Origin: Trichosphaerium sp. ATCC 40318
Lineage: Eukaryota > Protista > Tubulinea
NCBI GenBank assembly: GCA_038496445.1
Contig: JALMLS010000332.1
Span: 238,168-302,167, forward strand
Direction of reading: 5' to 3'
Length of the DNA stretch: 64,000 bases
Positions within the stretch are counted from its first letter, which is position 1. Each line of letters begins with the position of its first letter. Position numbers and translations under genes: made by a program. Of this stretch, positions 27,107 through 39,919 are shown piece after piece. The notes beneath the pieces are model-generated. The model was not told the origin of the DNA, did no database searches, and worked only from the letters and a program-made list of their open reading frames with translations.

Positions 27107-28825
27107 TTACAGTAATCCAAGTTTTGATATTGTTTTGAATTGGTCTGGAATCTCTTGCAAAGCAGCAACACTGTAAATAAAATGAGCGAAAGAAAAAAAA
27201 ACATCAAGAAAAAAAACAAACATACCTAAACGCAACTTCTCGGTTTTCAGCTCTGTGCATAGTCCTAAAATACCACTATCAGTTTTAAGCTCAAAAGTAA
27301 TATTCGTACTCATAATAAGGAACAAATTGAAAATTATCAAAACTTCTTGAAGGTAGCTGATCGTCGAACTCCTATACACTTGTTTAGTACTTTAAATCAC
27401 TCACAAACATTTGTTAATAAGTAATATTGCATATTTGTCGTGCCTCCATTAGTTCCCAAGGTCCTAAACCAAAAAATAAGAAGACAACTCTTTTTTTTTT
27501 GCAATCTACTTTTTTAAACGTACCGTCGCCCACACCAACACAAATGATTGAAATTGGGTACTTTGTAGCATCAACTATAGCTTGAGTAGTTTCTCTTACG
27601 TTTGTCACTTGTCCATCGGCTATTATAACTGTACAAAATAAAGAGTAAATCGCTCAGTTGGTTTTCGGTCTAAAATAGTATGTTTTACCTAAAATATGAT
27701 ATCCGCCTTCCTCTTGTTGTACACGTATTGTCTCTCTGATCAAAGGAGCAAAAGACGTAGGACCACTGAGTTTTACATTTGGTGTTATTTCAGTATACCG
27801 TTGTATCACCTGAGGCGGTATATTAGGACGTGAACTGTTTCTTGGTTGTTGGTATTGAAAAAAAAAAAAGCGTACTTCAGTAAACCCATGGCAAACACGA
27901 TCAGGAAAGAAAGGGAATACAGATCTATCTTTGGAACTAACATCACCAAATCCGTAAACCTAAGAGAAAAGTTGTGAGCAAAGCATTAATCCGCGAAAAG
28001 AAGGCGATTTCTTTCGTACAGGTATCAATTTATCATCATCAAAAGGCTCTAGGGTTTGGCCCATGATATTTATAACATCTGTATAAGGATTCTGACCACC
28101 CTAGCATTCAAGAGTCAGTAAGAATGATGAAAATCTGAAAAGGGAAAAAAAAAAAAAAAAGACCAACTTGTTTTTGACCTTTCACGTTTTTCTGCGTTTG
28201 GAGGACGCTCTGAAAGGCACGTGATACAAAATACAAAGAAGAAAACTAGTCAAGAGCTAAATACATTTAATCTAGGAAAAACGTTGTTGTGTTGACAAGG
28301 GTATCTTTAAAAGAGATTCCATGAAGCGGTTACTGAAATTACAAGATGATTTTTGGGTATTTGTTGAAAAACAATTACGTACACGTAAATCGTGTAGACA
28401 TTGTCCACCAAACGTATTTTTACCGTTCCTAGTTGGATTGTTTAGTAAAACATTAACGACTATACCCGATAACTCGTATTGTTAGCACGTCGTATACACC
28501 CACGTACCATGTGTTTGATTTTGTGTAGTCTACTCCAATTACGACTGAATAATGTTAATATGCAGAAATATGTGCATTTACGTACGATTGGACGATTCTA
28601 GACCTGCTTGGCGGAGAGCAGCCTGGTAAACTGTTATGATTGTTAAAATAGTTTAGATTCTTACTTGTACTTCGGCCAGCGATTGGTATTTGTCTAGGCA
28701 CCACTGTTAGAAACGAAGCGAAAAGAATAAAAAAGTTGTGTACCAGGGATGGCAACAAAACCGCCACGCGAAGAGGATGGTTGTCCGCGGACGGTTCTTG
28801 CTGATTTTGACTTGAAGAGGCCCAG
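27107..28825 (-). CDS. Copine/RGLG-type vWA protein (no C2, no RING), apparent CTG start
   Basis: [81 protein letters not shown]-type motif and ALQEIPDQF. Confidence 0.9.
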
Positions 28826-28972
28826 TTTGAAGAGATTTTGTAAAAAGTGTTTAAAAACAACCTTACTTAAACTCAGAATAGTTAACCGAATACTCTACAA
28901 CCAATACACAACTTCGTATTGTCTATTAAACGACTAATTGGCGTGTTTCTGTTATTAGTAATCAATTAAATT

Positions 28973-31779
28973 ATGAAAGCTACTGCCTTGTTAGTTTTCG
29001 CGTTATTGTGTTTTATTGGCGTAATTGGCGCGTTAAGCGTACCACCATCCGAAGCAAAGAGCGCCTGTTCGTGTTTCCTTTTTGATTTGTTATGTACTAA
29101 CGCTACCTCTTCTTAGTGTACCCAGCGTGGGCGCATCACCATTGGGTTTGGTTAAGTGCAGAGCAAGCAAATCAAGTATCAGAGCTAACCCTAGTAAAAG
29201 ACTATCTAGGTACATAAACGTGAATACCCAGTTGATCGTTTAGAAAACTTTCGCGAATAAGCAATTCTTTCCTAAAACACCAAACCAAGTTTCATTCGCT
29301 CTGGTGCCGCCTACTAACGCTAACAACCTCTCTAAAAAGCACGGAATATTAAAGTTGGCGCTGTTGACATTGACTCTCAATGGGCTACTGGAGACAACAA
29401 CTTTATTTGGAATGCAGAAAAATATCGTGATCCTGCTGGCATGGTTAAAGAGTTCCATGACATGGGTAAACAACAATCTGCACTGATTTTTTTTAGTGTT
29501 CTTCGTTTCACTTATACGGTAACCAATAGGTGTCCGTGTAATATTGTGGGTTACGTCTATGGTAGATACAGACTCTAGTAATTTCGCTGAAGGCTTAGAG
29601 AAAGGCTACTTTCTCAATGAAGGTAAAAATCCATAAAAACAAGGAAACTAACACTGATGTTTCCAGGTGAAACAATAAAATGGTGGCATGGTGAAGGCGC
29701 ATTCATGGATTACACAAATCCAGAAGCATTAGATTGGTGGCACGAACAGATGCAAAAAGTAATTGACATTGGTATCGACGGGTGGAAGTGTGATGGGACA
29801 GATCCCTTTGTATTTGAGCTTATCGTACCTTATGGTCATAAGGGTGTCTTATCTCATAGGGAGTATGCTGACTCTTATTATCGCGACTTCTTTTACTACA
29901 CAAAGAAAACAAACCCTGAAGCACTCATAAGTACGTATTGTCACGCGTTGGTGGTATATGTTGGTGGAAGAATTATTCGTGACCTTTTTCTTCTTTTTTC
30001 AGCGCTCACGTGTATTTTTTTTTCTAACGTTCGTGTTAGTGGCTAGGCCAGTAGATTCTTTTGATAATATACTATACCTTGAGTTCGCACCAAGGGATGT
30101 TGTGTTTTCTGTAAGCGAAACAAAAAAGTCAAGCTGAAAAAAGTTTGTTAATAAGTTGATATAGGGCTGGACAGGTGATGCTGATCCTACGTTTGCTGGT
30201 ATGCGCGAGATGTTAAACAATATGTTTCATTCAGCTTGGGCAGGATATGTAAACTTTGGTAAGCACAAAAAGAAATAAGAACAAAAAAAAACCGCTCCAA
30301 AGTTTTATGGGGAAACCCAAATATGTAGAACTTTGTCAAAAAAAAGTCGAAAATTCGGCACACTAATTATCCTATATTATGCCATAGGAACTATTTAGAA
30401 AGCCCCCCCTTTCAGGGGGGGTTTGGGGGGGGCAGAGCCTAGCGGCGACTGAGCGCCATAACCCAGTTGTCTCCCTTTGTGGCGAACAGTTCAATATCAC
30501 TTTGACATTTATTCGACTTTTTTTTCGACATTTTAGTACACACCGTTTTATGGTTTTTTATGCCGTTTAACATTGCTTTATAGGTACTGACATCGGAGGT
30601 TATCGTAATGGGAATAGAACAAAAAACCTTTTCACAAGATGGTTTCAAATGGGTACATCAATAGAGCGTTTCGTTCTGTTAAATTAATATTCAAACAGGC
30701 GCTTTTACACCATTAATGGAAAATGGCGGAGACGGCGAACACAGACCGTGGATGTGGGACAACACAAACAAGACACTAAACACATATCGAGATTTTGTGG
30801 ATATGCACTATCAACTAAATACGTACCTTCTATCTGCCGGAACAACTGCTTACGAACAAGGTTTTATTTTACTAGCTTACTACGCAATACATTCTTAACC
30901 GTGCTCTATAGGTATCTCGGTGATGAAGCCTATTGCCATACAAGACATTATTCCGTATCATTCATGGGATTTTATGTTATGGAAAGACATACTTGTTTGT
31001 CCTATAGTGGAAGACTCCCTCATCCGAGAAATAATTTTCCCAAAGGTAATGTTATTTACATTGCACCAGCTAAAGAGCTTCATGTAACTGTTTTGTTTGT
31101 TTTCAGGGAAATGACTGGGTTGATTGGTGGAATGCTTCACTTGTGTATGAAGGTGGTACAACTCAAGTGTTTGAGTTTCCAATGGACAGGTACAGAGGAC
31201 TTTCTCATTGCGAAATGGGTTCTTATTTTTTTCATAGATTTCCTGTTTATCACAGGAAAGGATCTATTATCCCTCTTAATGTCGATTCAAAGGTTGCGTA
31301 CCATGGAGATGCATCACATGAAAATTTCTTGACTGTTTTGATTCATCCTGTCAGGTAACGTTATATACTCCAGTACCAGCATTTGTAGTTAAAATATCAA
31401 ATAGAGGAAACGAAGAGTCATTTACTGCTCGTTACTACAAAGAAACAAGCCAAGATCTTATGTATGATTGGACAAGTGAGGACCTAGTAATCAAGGTATG
31501 CTCGTTTTATTAACCTCAATTATATGATAGTTAACCTTCTGTTAGACGTCAACACATGCTAAGAAAGTCATTATCTTATTGAGAAGTGTGACTTGTCCGA
31601 AGTCAATATACGATGTAATCAATGCTGCTACACTCCCTAAAATTTTATCAAAAGCTCAGCTATCTAAATCCGGTAATGGCTTCTATTGTGATTTATCACG
31701 TAGTCAAGTATTTGTGCTTATTTCAAAACAAACAAATGGCGTGTGGATAAGTATTGACAGTAGTATTAAACATTTCTAA
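28973..31779 (+). CDS. Secreted glycoside hydrolase family 31 (alpha-glucosidase/xylosidase-like)
   Basis: Signal peptide; DIDSQW, MDYTNPEALDWW, nucleophile motif IDGWKCDGTD, WTGD, TDIGGY and RWFQMG. Confidence 0.92.
30334..30530. mobile_element. MITE-like insertion in GH31 intron with G/C-run core
   Basis: Inverted ends TGTCAAAAAAAAGTCGAA / TTCGACTTTTTTTTCGACA; internal C7..G7-TTT-G8-CAGAGCC; host intron (~320 nt) is much longer than most here. No clear target-site duplication. Confidence 0.5.
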
Positions 31780-31843
31780 ACCTTCGAAAAAACCAAAATA
31801 ATAAAAAACGTTTTTCGTAATCAGAGATCCAGTCCTTTGGTCC

Positions 31844-31917
31844 GTGATGTTCCGTGTAGACTATGTAAATCATTATTGATGTCTATAATCTATTGGCATG
31901 TTATCGTTCACGAAACC
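31844..31917 (+). repeat. ~73-bp direct repeat, copy 1
   Basis: GTGATGT...TAGACTATGTAAA...TTCACGAAACC matches 33870-33942. Confidence 0.9.
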
Positions 31918-32075
31918 ATTGCATTGGAAATGCTGTATGGATATAAGTGAACTTTGTTTATGATATTTATTTCTGCATTCTTGAATTATTAAAAAGCGAC
32001 TTGTGGCTTGAGTTAAGGCATAAGTTCAATCTAATTTATATTTATTTTAAACAGTCAGGCGCTACGATCAACCTC

Positions 32076-33218
32076 ATGGGTGGGAGAATATCAAAGGCAA
32101 GGACGTCGAAAGTATCTGCCGTGATCACTTGTGCGTGTCATACTTTATTTCAACGGTTTCACGGTTTTTAACTGCATTGTAGCGTTGATATTTTGGAACG
32201 TTACGTTGAAACCTTTAAAACCGATATCAACCGCCCCTAGCGGGTTTGACATTGGTATAAACTCTCTCCAATGCGCTATTTTGCCGTTTTAGTAACATTT
32301 CTTTAACTAGACCATAACGCGCCTGTACCGGATCACGATACATTCTATATCATATTTGAGTATCTAGAACCACATAATATATTAAAAGCAGGACAAGTAT
32401 GTAAGGTACGAGTGGTAGGAAGATATTTCTTGTTCGTGAAACAAAAATCACTGAAATAGTGCGTTTTTTGGCTTTTTTGTCATGACTGTTTGTTTTAGAG
32501 CTGGTAGGTTATTTCTGTACTCTGATGATATTTGATTTCGTTCCAGAAAATATGAGATTGTCACGTGCGCATAATATGTGTAGGTACAACATTGTCAGAG
32601 AGGACAGCTTATGGTTATCAGAGATAAAGAAAATATCCGATAAAGATTTTATCAAAGACATTGATCTTAACAGGTTCTCAAACAGTTGGGAGCTCGTATT
32701 CAAAGCTTATTGGTTACCCTATTGTTTGCATAATACTCAATGGAAGTTTAACCATGTTGGCGCTGATGTATGTCGACCAGGACGAGAACTTTTGTGGGTT
32801 TTTTTTCTGACTTTTTTCTTTTTAAGGTATCTAACTATATTTTTGCACTACTTCCAGATGGTTAGTACAATACGAGTTGATGAAGTCGATTTTATATTAA
32901 CGCGATTATATAGGCCGTATGTTATCAAAGGATCCTAAGTACTACTACCAACACAGAGATAGGTACCAAAACTTAAAGAATTGTTTGTTGGGTTTTCTAG
33001 AATGCAAACTTTCTTTAAAGATGGTCTCGTGTTGGTAATATGATATTAATATCAGTAAACATGTGTTTTGTTATTCTTATTGGTACACTGGAATGTAAAA
33101 ATGGAAAAGTTGAATTCATGACTGGACAAGCATACAATGCAAAGGTACAACCTTCTCAACTCCATTTTCAATAACATTGTCGTAGAATAAAAGTTGGGTT
33201 TGGACAGCTAGAAGGTAA
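32076..33218 (+). CDS. F-box protein with N-myristoylation motif
   Basis: MGGRISK start; spliced F-box PDHDTFYIIFEYLEPHNILKAGQVCK...; ends NKSWVWTARR*. Confidence 0.78.
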
Positions 33219-33869
33219 GCCCGAGCCTAATTAAAATTCAAAAACATCAAGAATTTTGCTCGCTGTTAAACAACCAAGTTTAGTTGTAAAAATCTAAACA
33301 ACCACGTGTTGTTGCTTCAAACTGATTCCGGTTTTTTTCTTCATATTTTTTGGATGATTTCCATTGTACAAAATAAAGTACTCTTAAATTCTTTATGACA
33401 CACATGTGATAGTGTTACGTAACCTTATTATTACTATTAGGCAACCACGCAATATAAATACAACTATCAAAGATAAGACCTTGTATGACTTGAATCAATC
33501 AGATCCAAAAGACTACGCTAGCGTCTATAAGCAACGCCAAATTATGACATACTTTGGAAAGTCTATAAAAAACCATCTACAGTCTTTTGATATTGCACAT
33601 CTCTTTTAGTAAAAATAAACTACTGACACTAGTAAAACCTGTTATCTACTGAAAGTGACAGCTGTTGTGTTCGTTACAATTATGATTGTGTAATACAAGT
33701 TGAAGTTCTGTGCACTAGACTGTCATATACATGCGTCACGTGATCACTTACATGACTTACACTTATATATTCATGGCTAACTCGTTATTAATTCTATAAA
33801 GCTCTTACTTTCCTTATTCGCTAATTCTAGGTTCCGTAAATTATCTAATCGTTCACATATTGGTCATCT

Positions 33870-33942
33870 GTGATGTCCATGTAGACTATGTAAACCATTA
33901 TCGATGTCTATAGTCTATTGGAATGTTATCTTTCACGAAACC
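33870..33942 (+). repeat. ~73-bp direct repeat, copy 2
   Basis: Matches 31844-31917; contains TAGACTAT/ATAGTCTA hairpin. Confidence 0.9.
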
Positions 33943-35075
33943 TGTTCACGAAGTCACTCGAAGTCTATTCAGGATGTTTCATACGCCACGAGTCTAGAAA
34001 CGCTCATTAAAGATCTTGTAACATGTTCATGTAATAAACAGATTTAACCATTACACAAGCGCTAAAACATCTCTTACATAAACTGAATACGTGGCAGTGC
34101 GAATTATTTCTAAGCCTTTTCTCGAAATTTGTTACAACTTCTCTTCTCTGAACGATAGTATTATTTTGACTTAGGCTCAATACTAGCACTTGGTACGACC
34201 ACAAAAATCTGTGACTCATCCTTTACGCGCAATGGTACCAAGTTTAACTTAAAAACGTTTTGTAACTCTTTTAACAGAAGTTATCGTACATATACCACTC
34301 AAATGGCCATTTAAGAGCGTATTTGGCTGATGGGGTACTATTTGAGCTATCTCCAAGCATTCAACTACCAAATCGCGTATTAAAGCCTGAGGCTAAATCC
34401 AGTAATACAAGTGATACTGTAGAAGACGATTGCATTATTAAATCAACCCTTACGCACTATACAGTAATTATTTTTGGTTGAAAAAACAACTAATTTTATT
34501 GGCAGGTTAACAAAACTGACTTCATTGCTTTGACCTCTACGTTGAGACAACACGATGATACAACGCTTGCCATAGATATAAAGGTATCTCAATTTTTCAA
34601 AGACATCATGTTTCATATCACGTGCACGTTGAGTGAGGACACGTGGCACCAAGGTTCAGTAAAGGATAGCAATAAATCTGAAAAGAACTACTTAAAGATG
34701 CAAGGACGTAGAGGTTTGTTAACTGTTTGCTATCCCTAAACTAAAGTAATTATAGAACGATTCGAATCAGACATGATCGAGTGTACTACAGCATTTGGAG
34801 CTCAAATGAAACTGTGGATAGTAGGGGATAACGACAGAAAATACAACGTAACTATTGTAAATGTGAGGTTGTGTTGCTGATGTTTTTACGTTTAAGAACT
34901 GGGAAACAGTACCAAAGGCAGGTAGAAACCCAAAACGAGGTAGTCCAGAGAGCGCATCATGTACTTTAACATGTGATGTCAGTGTGAGTAGACTAATATA
35001 GTAAACAAGTTCCAACTAAATGTTGTTTCTAGGCTGAAGAAGATGTTGCATTTACTGTTTTTATACAGACTAAGG

Positions 35076-36304
35076 ATGTCATCTTACACAGTCTCATACC
35101 ACCTATTATTTCACCAGAACAGCTTAGTCATATACATACAGAAGGATATCAAGGTACGACACCACTGATTCATACAATAATTATCACTAAATTGCCTACC
35201 AAAGTATTTCCTGGAGTTGTACCGCAACATTTACTTCATAGCGCTGTTCGTGCCATAAACCATCAAATCGGTTTAGGTTTCTTAAAAGCAAAACAAGAGC
35301 GTGAAGCAAGCAAGAGTATGTTAGCTAAAATTCAGGTCCTACAAGGTTGTAACTTTACGTTTTTTTAGAAACAGACAAGAGTAATATTGGCTTGCCCTCA
35401 AGGCCCAACATGAAAGGTAAACAGGGTAATATAGGAAACTACTTCCCTGCTCTGAAGCGTGCCTCTGTCATCAAGGATTTGTTCAATAATTCAGGTGCTG
35501 TTGATATAATAGAACAGCTTCTTGGTGTTGGTAATGTAAACCATGCTGGCTCAGTACAAATAGCATTACGGCATCCTACATCACAAGATTCTATGATTAG
35601 GTAAGAATTTTTTTGTTAAAGTACATTCGATGCTTGCTCATGGTTTCTTTTCTTAGCCGTTTGATTAAAACAAAAGGTGGTGAGATTAATACAATACCTT
35701 CTCGTTATCATATTGATGGTAAAAACTTTGGTGATCCTAACCCAGTGAAGAACTTTCATAATTTTACATTACTTGTTGGAGTTGTAAGTCAATTTGTTTT
35801 TAATGACAGAGCAAACGTTCTTGTTTTTTTGCTTAACTTTCTTCATAGTTTCTTAAAGATTTGGAATTTGTAAACTACGGTAATCTAGTCGTGTTTCCTA
35901 AAACGCATACAAAGGTACAAAATTTCTGAAAAGTTACAAACTTAACAGTTGATTCAGCATGCAAAAATATTCGAAACTGAAGGACCTACAAGTTGGCTTG
36001 AAGAGGATGCTCCGGCATTCTTCTGCCAGGATCCTAAACTCCCCAAAGCCAAACAAGTACGTTCTTTTGAAGTTGACAGCGATGGTGTTGTATGATTGAG
36101 CTAATTACTATGTTCTAGGTAACGGCAAAAGCTGGTGATATTGTCGTTTGTCATTACTTACTTGGTCATGGTGTTGCAGAGAATTTATCTCCTTTTACGC
36201 GTTATATGATATACTTTAGAATATCTAGTAAGCATCTACGCGATCACAAGCTTGAGACTATGACTGACTTATGGATGGACTGGCCATCAATGAAGAAGAA
36301 ATAA
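35076..36304 (+). CDS. Phytanoyl-CoA dioxygenase (PhyH)-family 2OG-Fe(II) oxygenase
   Basis: GYQVFPGVV, QIALR, HxD motif (YHIDG), GNLVVFPKTH, AGDIVVCHYLLGHG and R(Y)MIYFR. Confidence 0.88.
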
Positions 36305-36480
36305 AGAATAAGTAACTTTTACAAAAGCGCACTTAAAAAAACTTGACTACCTCATTGTTTGATCTAATTATTACAAAGATGTCCCTTAGAAAGTAAGTTG
36401 AAACTAATAATGATTATACAGATACGTGGCGGTGTTATAAATTACATTTAAAGATATTTATTTGGTTGTAATCTTTTGTC

Positions 36481-37301
36481 TCAATGCTCCAAAGCTTCTA
36501 TCCACCCATCATCCAAAGCAATATTAGAATCATATACAGCATACTCTCTCTGTGATGAATGAATTACGAATCCATTCTTCTTAAAGTCATCCACACAACT
36601 AGCAAAGCGCTCGCCAGCTAATGTTTTTCCAATACCATACATTCTCTGTGTAACAAATCTAAACTCTCCTCCGTCTTTTTTTTTTGTCATGGCATTTCTT
36701 GATAGATGTGCCACGTGATTATCACATAATTTTTGTAAAATAGAGGTATCTTCTGATTGACTCTTTGTCAAATCAAGCTTGATATGAAACTCAAAATAGT
36801 TTGTTGAAGGAAACTTTAAAATTTCTTCTTTTGTGTCTGGCACTCCTTTGTTTGAAAACATTGCTTCTATCTTTTTTCTAGTTACTTTAAATCCCCCTTC
36901 TTCAAGCTTTTTCGCTATTTCATTACATTTAGCGTATACTGTGGTTATGTCGCCTCTGTAGGGATTCATTAAACGAATTATGGTTATAAGTGTTTAATTG
37001 TACCTGTGATAGCTTGATGTCATCATCTGCGTTGGTGTAAGCCCAGTTTCGAGCTCTATATACAAGGGTTTGCATTTTAGCGTTTTACATAAATTTTTGA
37101 ACTCATCAATCGTCTTAGAGGCTTCTCCTTGCGCTTGTGTTTGCGGTGGCTTTACTGTTACGTGTACTTCAAATAACTACAGTTAAAAATCAACAACAAT
37201 CCTTTAATAAGCCTCCACAAACGATTAACAGCCGTAGCGCTATTATTCAGCTTTTATGTAAATTTACACAATTATGAACGTACCCCACGTATTTCTTGCA
37301 T
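36481..37301 (-). CDS. Hypothetical protein with two FExHxx motifs, HLSRNA and YDSN..LD.GW
   Basis: Spliced MQEIRG/LFEVHVTV...YHR/GDI...YFEFHIK...HLSRNA...REYAVYDSNIALDDGW; 2 introns. Confidence 0.8.
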
Positions 37302-37663
37302 TGCTGGTTATATCTTCGTGTTTAATTATACCTGTACACGTCACTACAGATTAGAATATGAATGAGGTTTCCACTAAATGTCTATATTATCTGAATTTTC
37401 TTTCGCAAAGTTGAAATACGGTCCGAAACGGTATTTTGGCCACCTCTATTCTTAAGAATCGTGTGAAACACACTTAATCTATGAGATTTCATATAGAACT
37501 GAGCCACTTTTCTGCCAATTAACAAGAAACTAAACAAATTCATCAATCAACAGCATCACGTCAACATTTATGAGAAAATTTGAAGAAACTAGTGTTCTCT
37601 CGTCTTTATTCATTTTTATACTGTAGTGTGTATACATTCCACCTGTTTTTTCTTGGTCGTAAT

Positions 37664-39502
37664 CTACAACCGTTGCAACAATCCAGTTTTGTAACAAAAG
37701 ACAGCTGTCAAGTTACCAAATTTAATTAAAGAATCGTACGTTGTAATTTTTTCGGTACAGTCTTCATCTTTAGATGCCAATAATGCACATTCTGAAGCAA
37801 ATAGAACGTCTTCTTTTCTTCCATTTATGAATAGCTGCTTATGGCATTGTTCGTAGGTATCTCCGGGACAGTCATGATGACTCTTACCTCCCCACCAAAA
37901 CCCTTGAACTCCATCACAAGAAGCATTCACTGTCTTGTTTCCAAGTCTTGGTACCACGAGTGGCTCTATCAAAACGGGTTCCAAGTCACAGTTTATACAA
38001 TCATCAGTGAGAGGCCATTTAGGTATAGTATTAAGAGAGAGATCTCTGTTGTTATGTGCGGACTGACAATCAATACATTTGTCTCCATGTCTCCATGGAA
38101 TATTTTTTTCTTTTGGAGTGACATAGTCAGGGAAGGTACGTCCTGAGTTCTTAATGTAGCATGTTGAGTGATATGCTGGATCATCTTCGAAAACGATTGC
38201 ATTTATACCAAAAGTATCGGAAGGAGCACGTGGGATAACATTAAAACAGTAAACTTGATCGACAGGTTCATCGAGTGTACTAATATTTAGGTACTCATAG
38301 CAAGAATCATCAACAAGCCCAGCGTCGTCATTGTATCTTGAGTTTAATACAGTCAAAGGCATAACAGTAAACCCAGCACAATAATGAGGAGCGCAACCTC
38401 TAGCACAGTAAGACAAATCGTTATAAACTCGAGAACATCCTGCTCAAAAATTAGTATGTTGGGTTTTTTTAGTTGCTGTACCAAATCCTGTTTTGTATTC
38501 TGGATAGTAACAATGATCGACACGCCTATTGAATTAAGTTTTGAGATAGAAGGTAAAAAATACGCACGTGAACGTTGTCTGAGCTGCTTGAATACCATAA
38601 ATATTCGCAACTTGTTCGTCAACAACATCAACGTCAGTACAATCTCTGTATCCTCTCCAAAGCCAATGAACAATGTACCTACCTTTCCCAGATCTACTCG
38701 GTATTGTAATCTTTGCTGTATCAGAATCAGAACCTCTGTCTCCGAGATGTTCCGCTTTTAATATCGACTCAATCCAAGGCATATTTGGATTCTCATACTC
38801 AGCATAGTTATTGTTAAAGTATTCTGGTTTGTATCTCATCAAACGAGCATCATCAAGCCACTGACCAAACGTTTCTGGTCTCGGGACAAAATCAGGATCA
38901 CTCTGTTTAATTTCTTCAACATAAAGATGTTCCATGTGAGAAAGATCATCTCTCTTTCTGAGCTGACGATGGAATACATCAATTGTTTTTATTGTATTCG
39001 GAGGAGCTTCGTCAAAGTACTGATTTATGAGTTCTGTTGTATGTAGCTTCAGTTTGTCTTCGTACATTTGATGTACTACAATAAAGTAACTATAATCAGT
39101 GTGACCTGCTGTCCACTCTAACTCGAAAGGCTGATTTGGCCCGACTTGAACGTGTGGTCCATTTTGGATTTTGGAAGGACAAGGCGTTTCTGTACTCGCA
39201 AAACTTCGTCTACTAGCACCGCTGTTCCAGTTGTGACAGTGTGATGCATCAGGAAACACCACCAAGCTTACAAGCAAAGTAACAATGAAAGTATCTAATA
39301 GTGCTCTCGGTCTGCGCGAAGTAGGGTTCGAGAAACCACAAACAAAGCAAGTAAAGAGCAACAGAATATATATAGCTGGATGTGAGTATGTTGTTGGCCT
39401 TGTAGGAGCTACTGGCTCTTTAGTAGTACGAACACTTTTAAAAACCCGAAATCTACAAAAAAGTAAAAATCACATGTTGTTTGGCGTCTGAACATTACCC
39501 AT
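37664..39502 (-). CDS. Secreted LPMO-like (histidine-brace) protein with Cys-rich C-terminal region
   Basis: ATGG micro-exon + intron 39295-39498 gives signal MDTFIVTLLVSLVVFPDASHC followed by His1 (HNW); EWTAGH; IPSRSGKGRYIVHWLWRGYRDCTDV. Confidence 0.7.
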
Positions 39503-39628
39503 AGTCTTCGCCTGTACTATCAGAATCGCAATGAACACTTAGGTGAAACCGTATGCCAGTTAGCCGAAAAAAATCTTAATGCAAAACAAAATTAATAAGG
39601 TCAAGCCACGCGCTACAAAAGACGATAT

Positions 39629-39919
39629 TGTTTAGGCTCAAACATACTTGGAGAGTCGCTAGGTATCCGTCCACCAGCGTAGTTATCCGTCCTTGAACCC
39701 ATCATAGCCCTGCTCTTAATACGCTCAGGCTCTGTAACCCGAACAGTTTCGCTCCCAATTGTGACTTGCTTGGCTTCCCTCTCTGACTCCACTCGCCCCC
39801 AATCGGTACTGGTAGTGTTACAACAATAAACGATTGAAGGCTTCACGCTAGAGGTGTATACTGTGAATAAACCTGCCACAGACAAAAAGTATAGCCACGA
39901 GGCAATCATTGTCTAAACA
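39629..39919 (-). ncRNA. Candidate structured RNA, possibly intronic (predicted intron 39613-40046)
   Basis: GC-elevated. Terminal TGTTTAG/CTAAACA; 11-bp GCCTTCAATCG/CGATTGGGGGC within CCTCT/AGAGG; CTGTG/CACAG; CGCTGG/CTAGCG. G-U pairs favour the minus strand. Confidence 0.4.

Noticed and set aside
34000-35015. Exon-like pieces after the second 73-bp repeat
   Set aside because: In-frame stops and no recognisable domain
39629-39919. SECIS or U3 snoRNA identity
   Set aside because: AUGA is not followed by the AA/GA spacing, and U3 boxes A, C', C and D are absent
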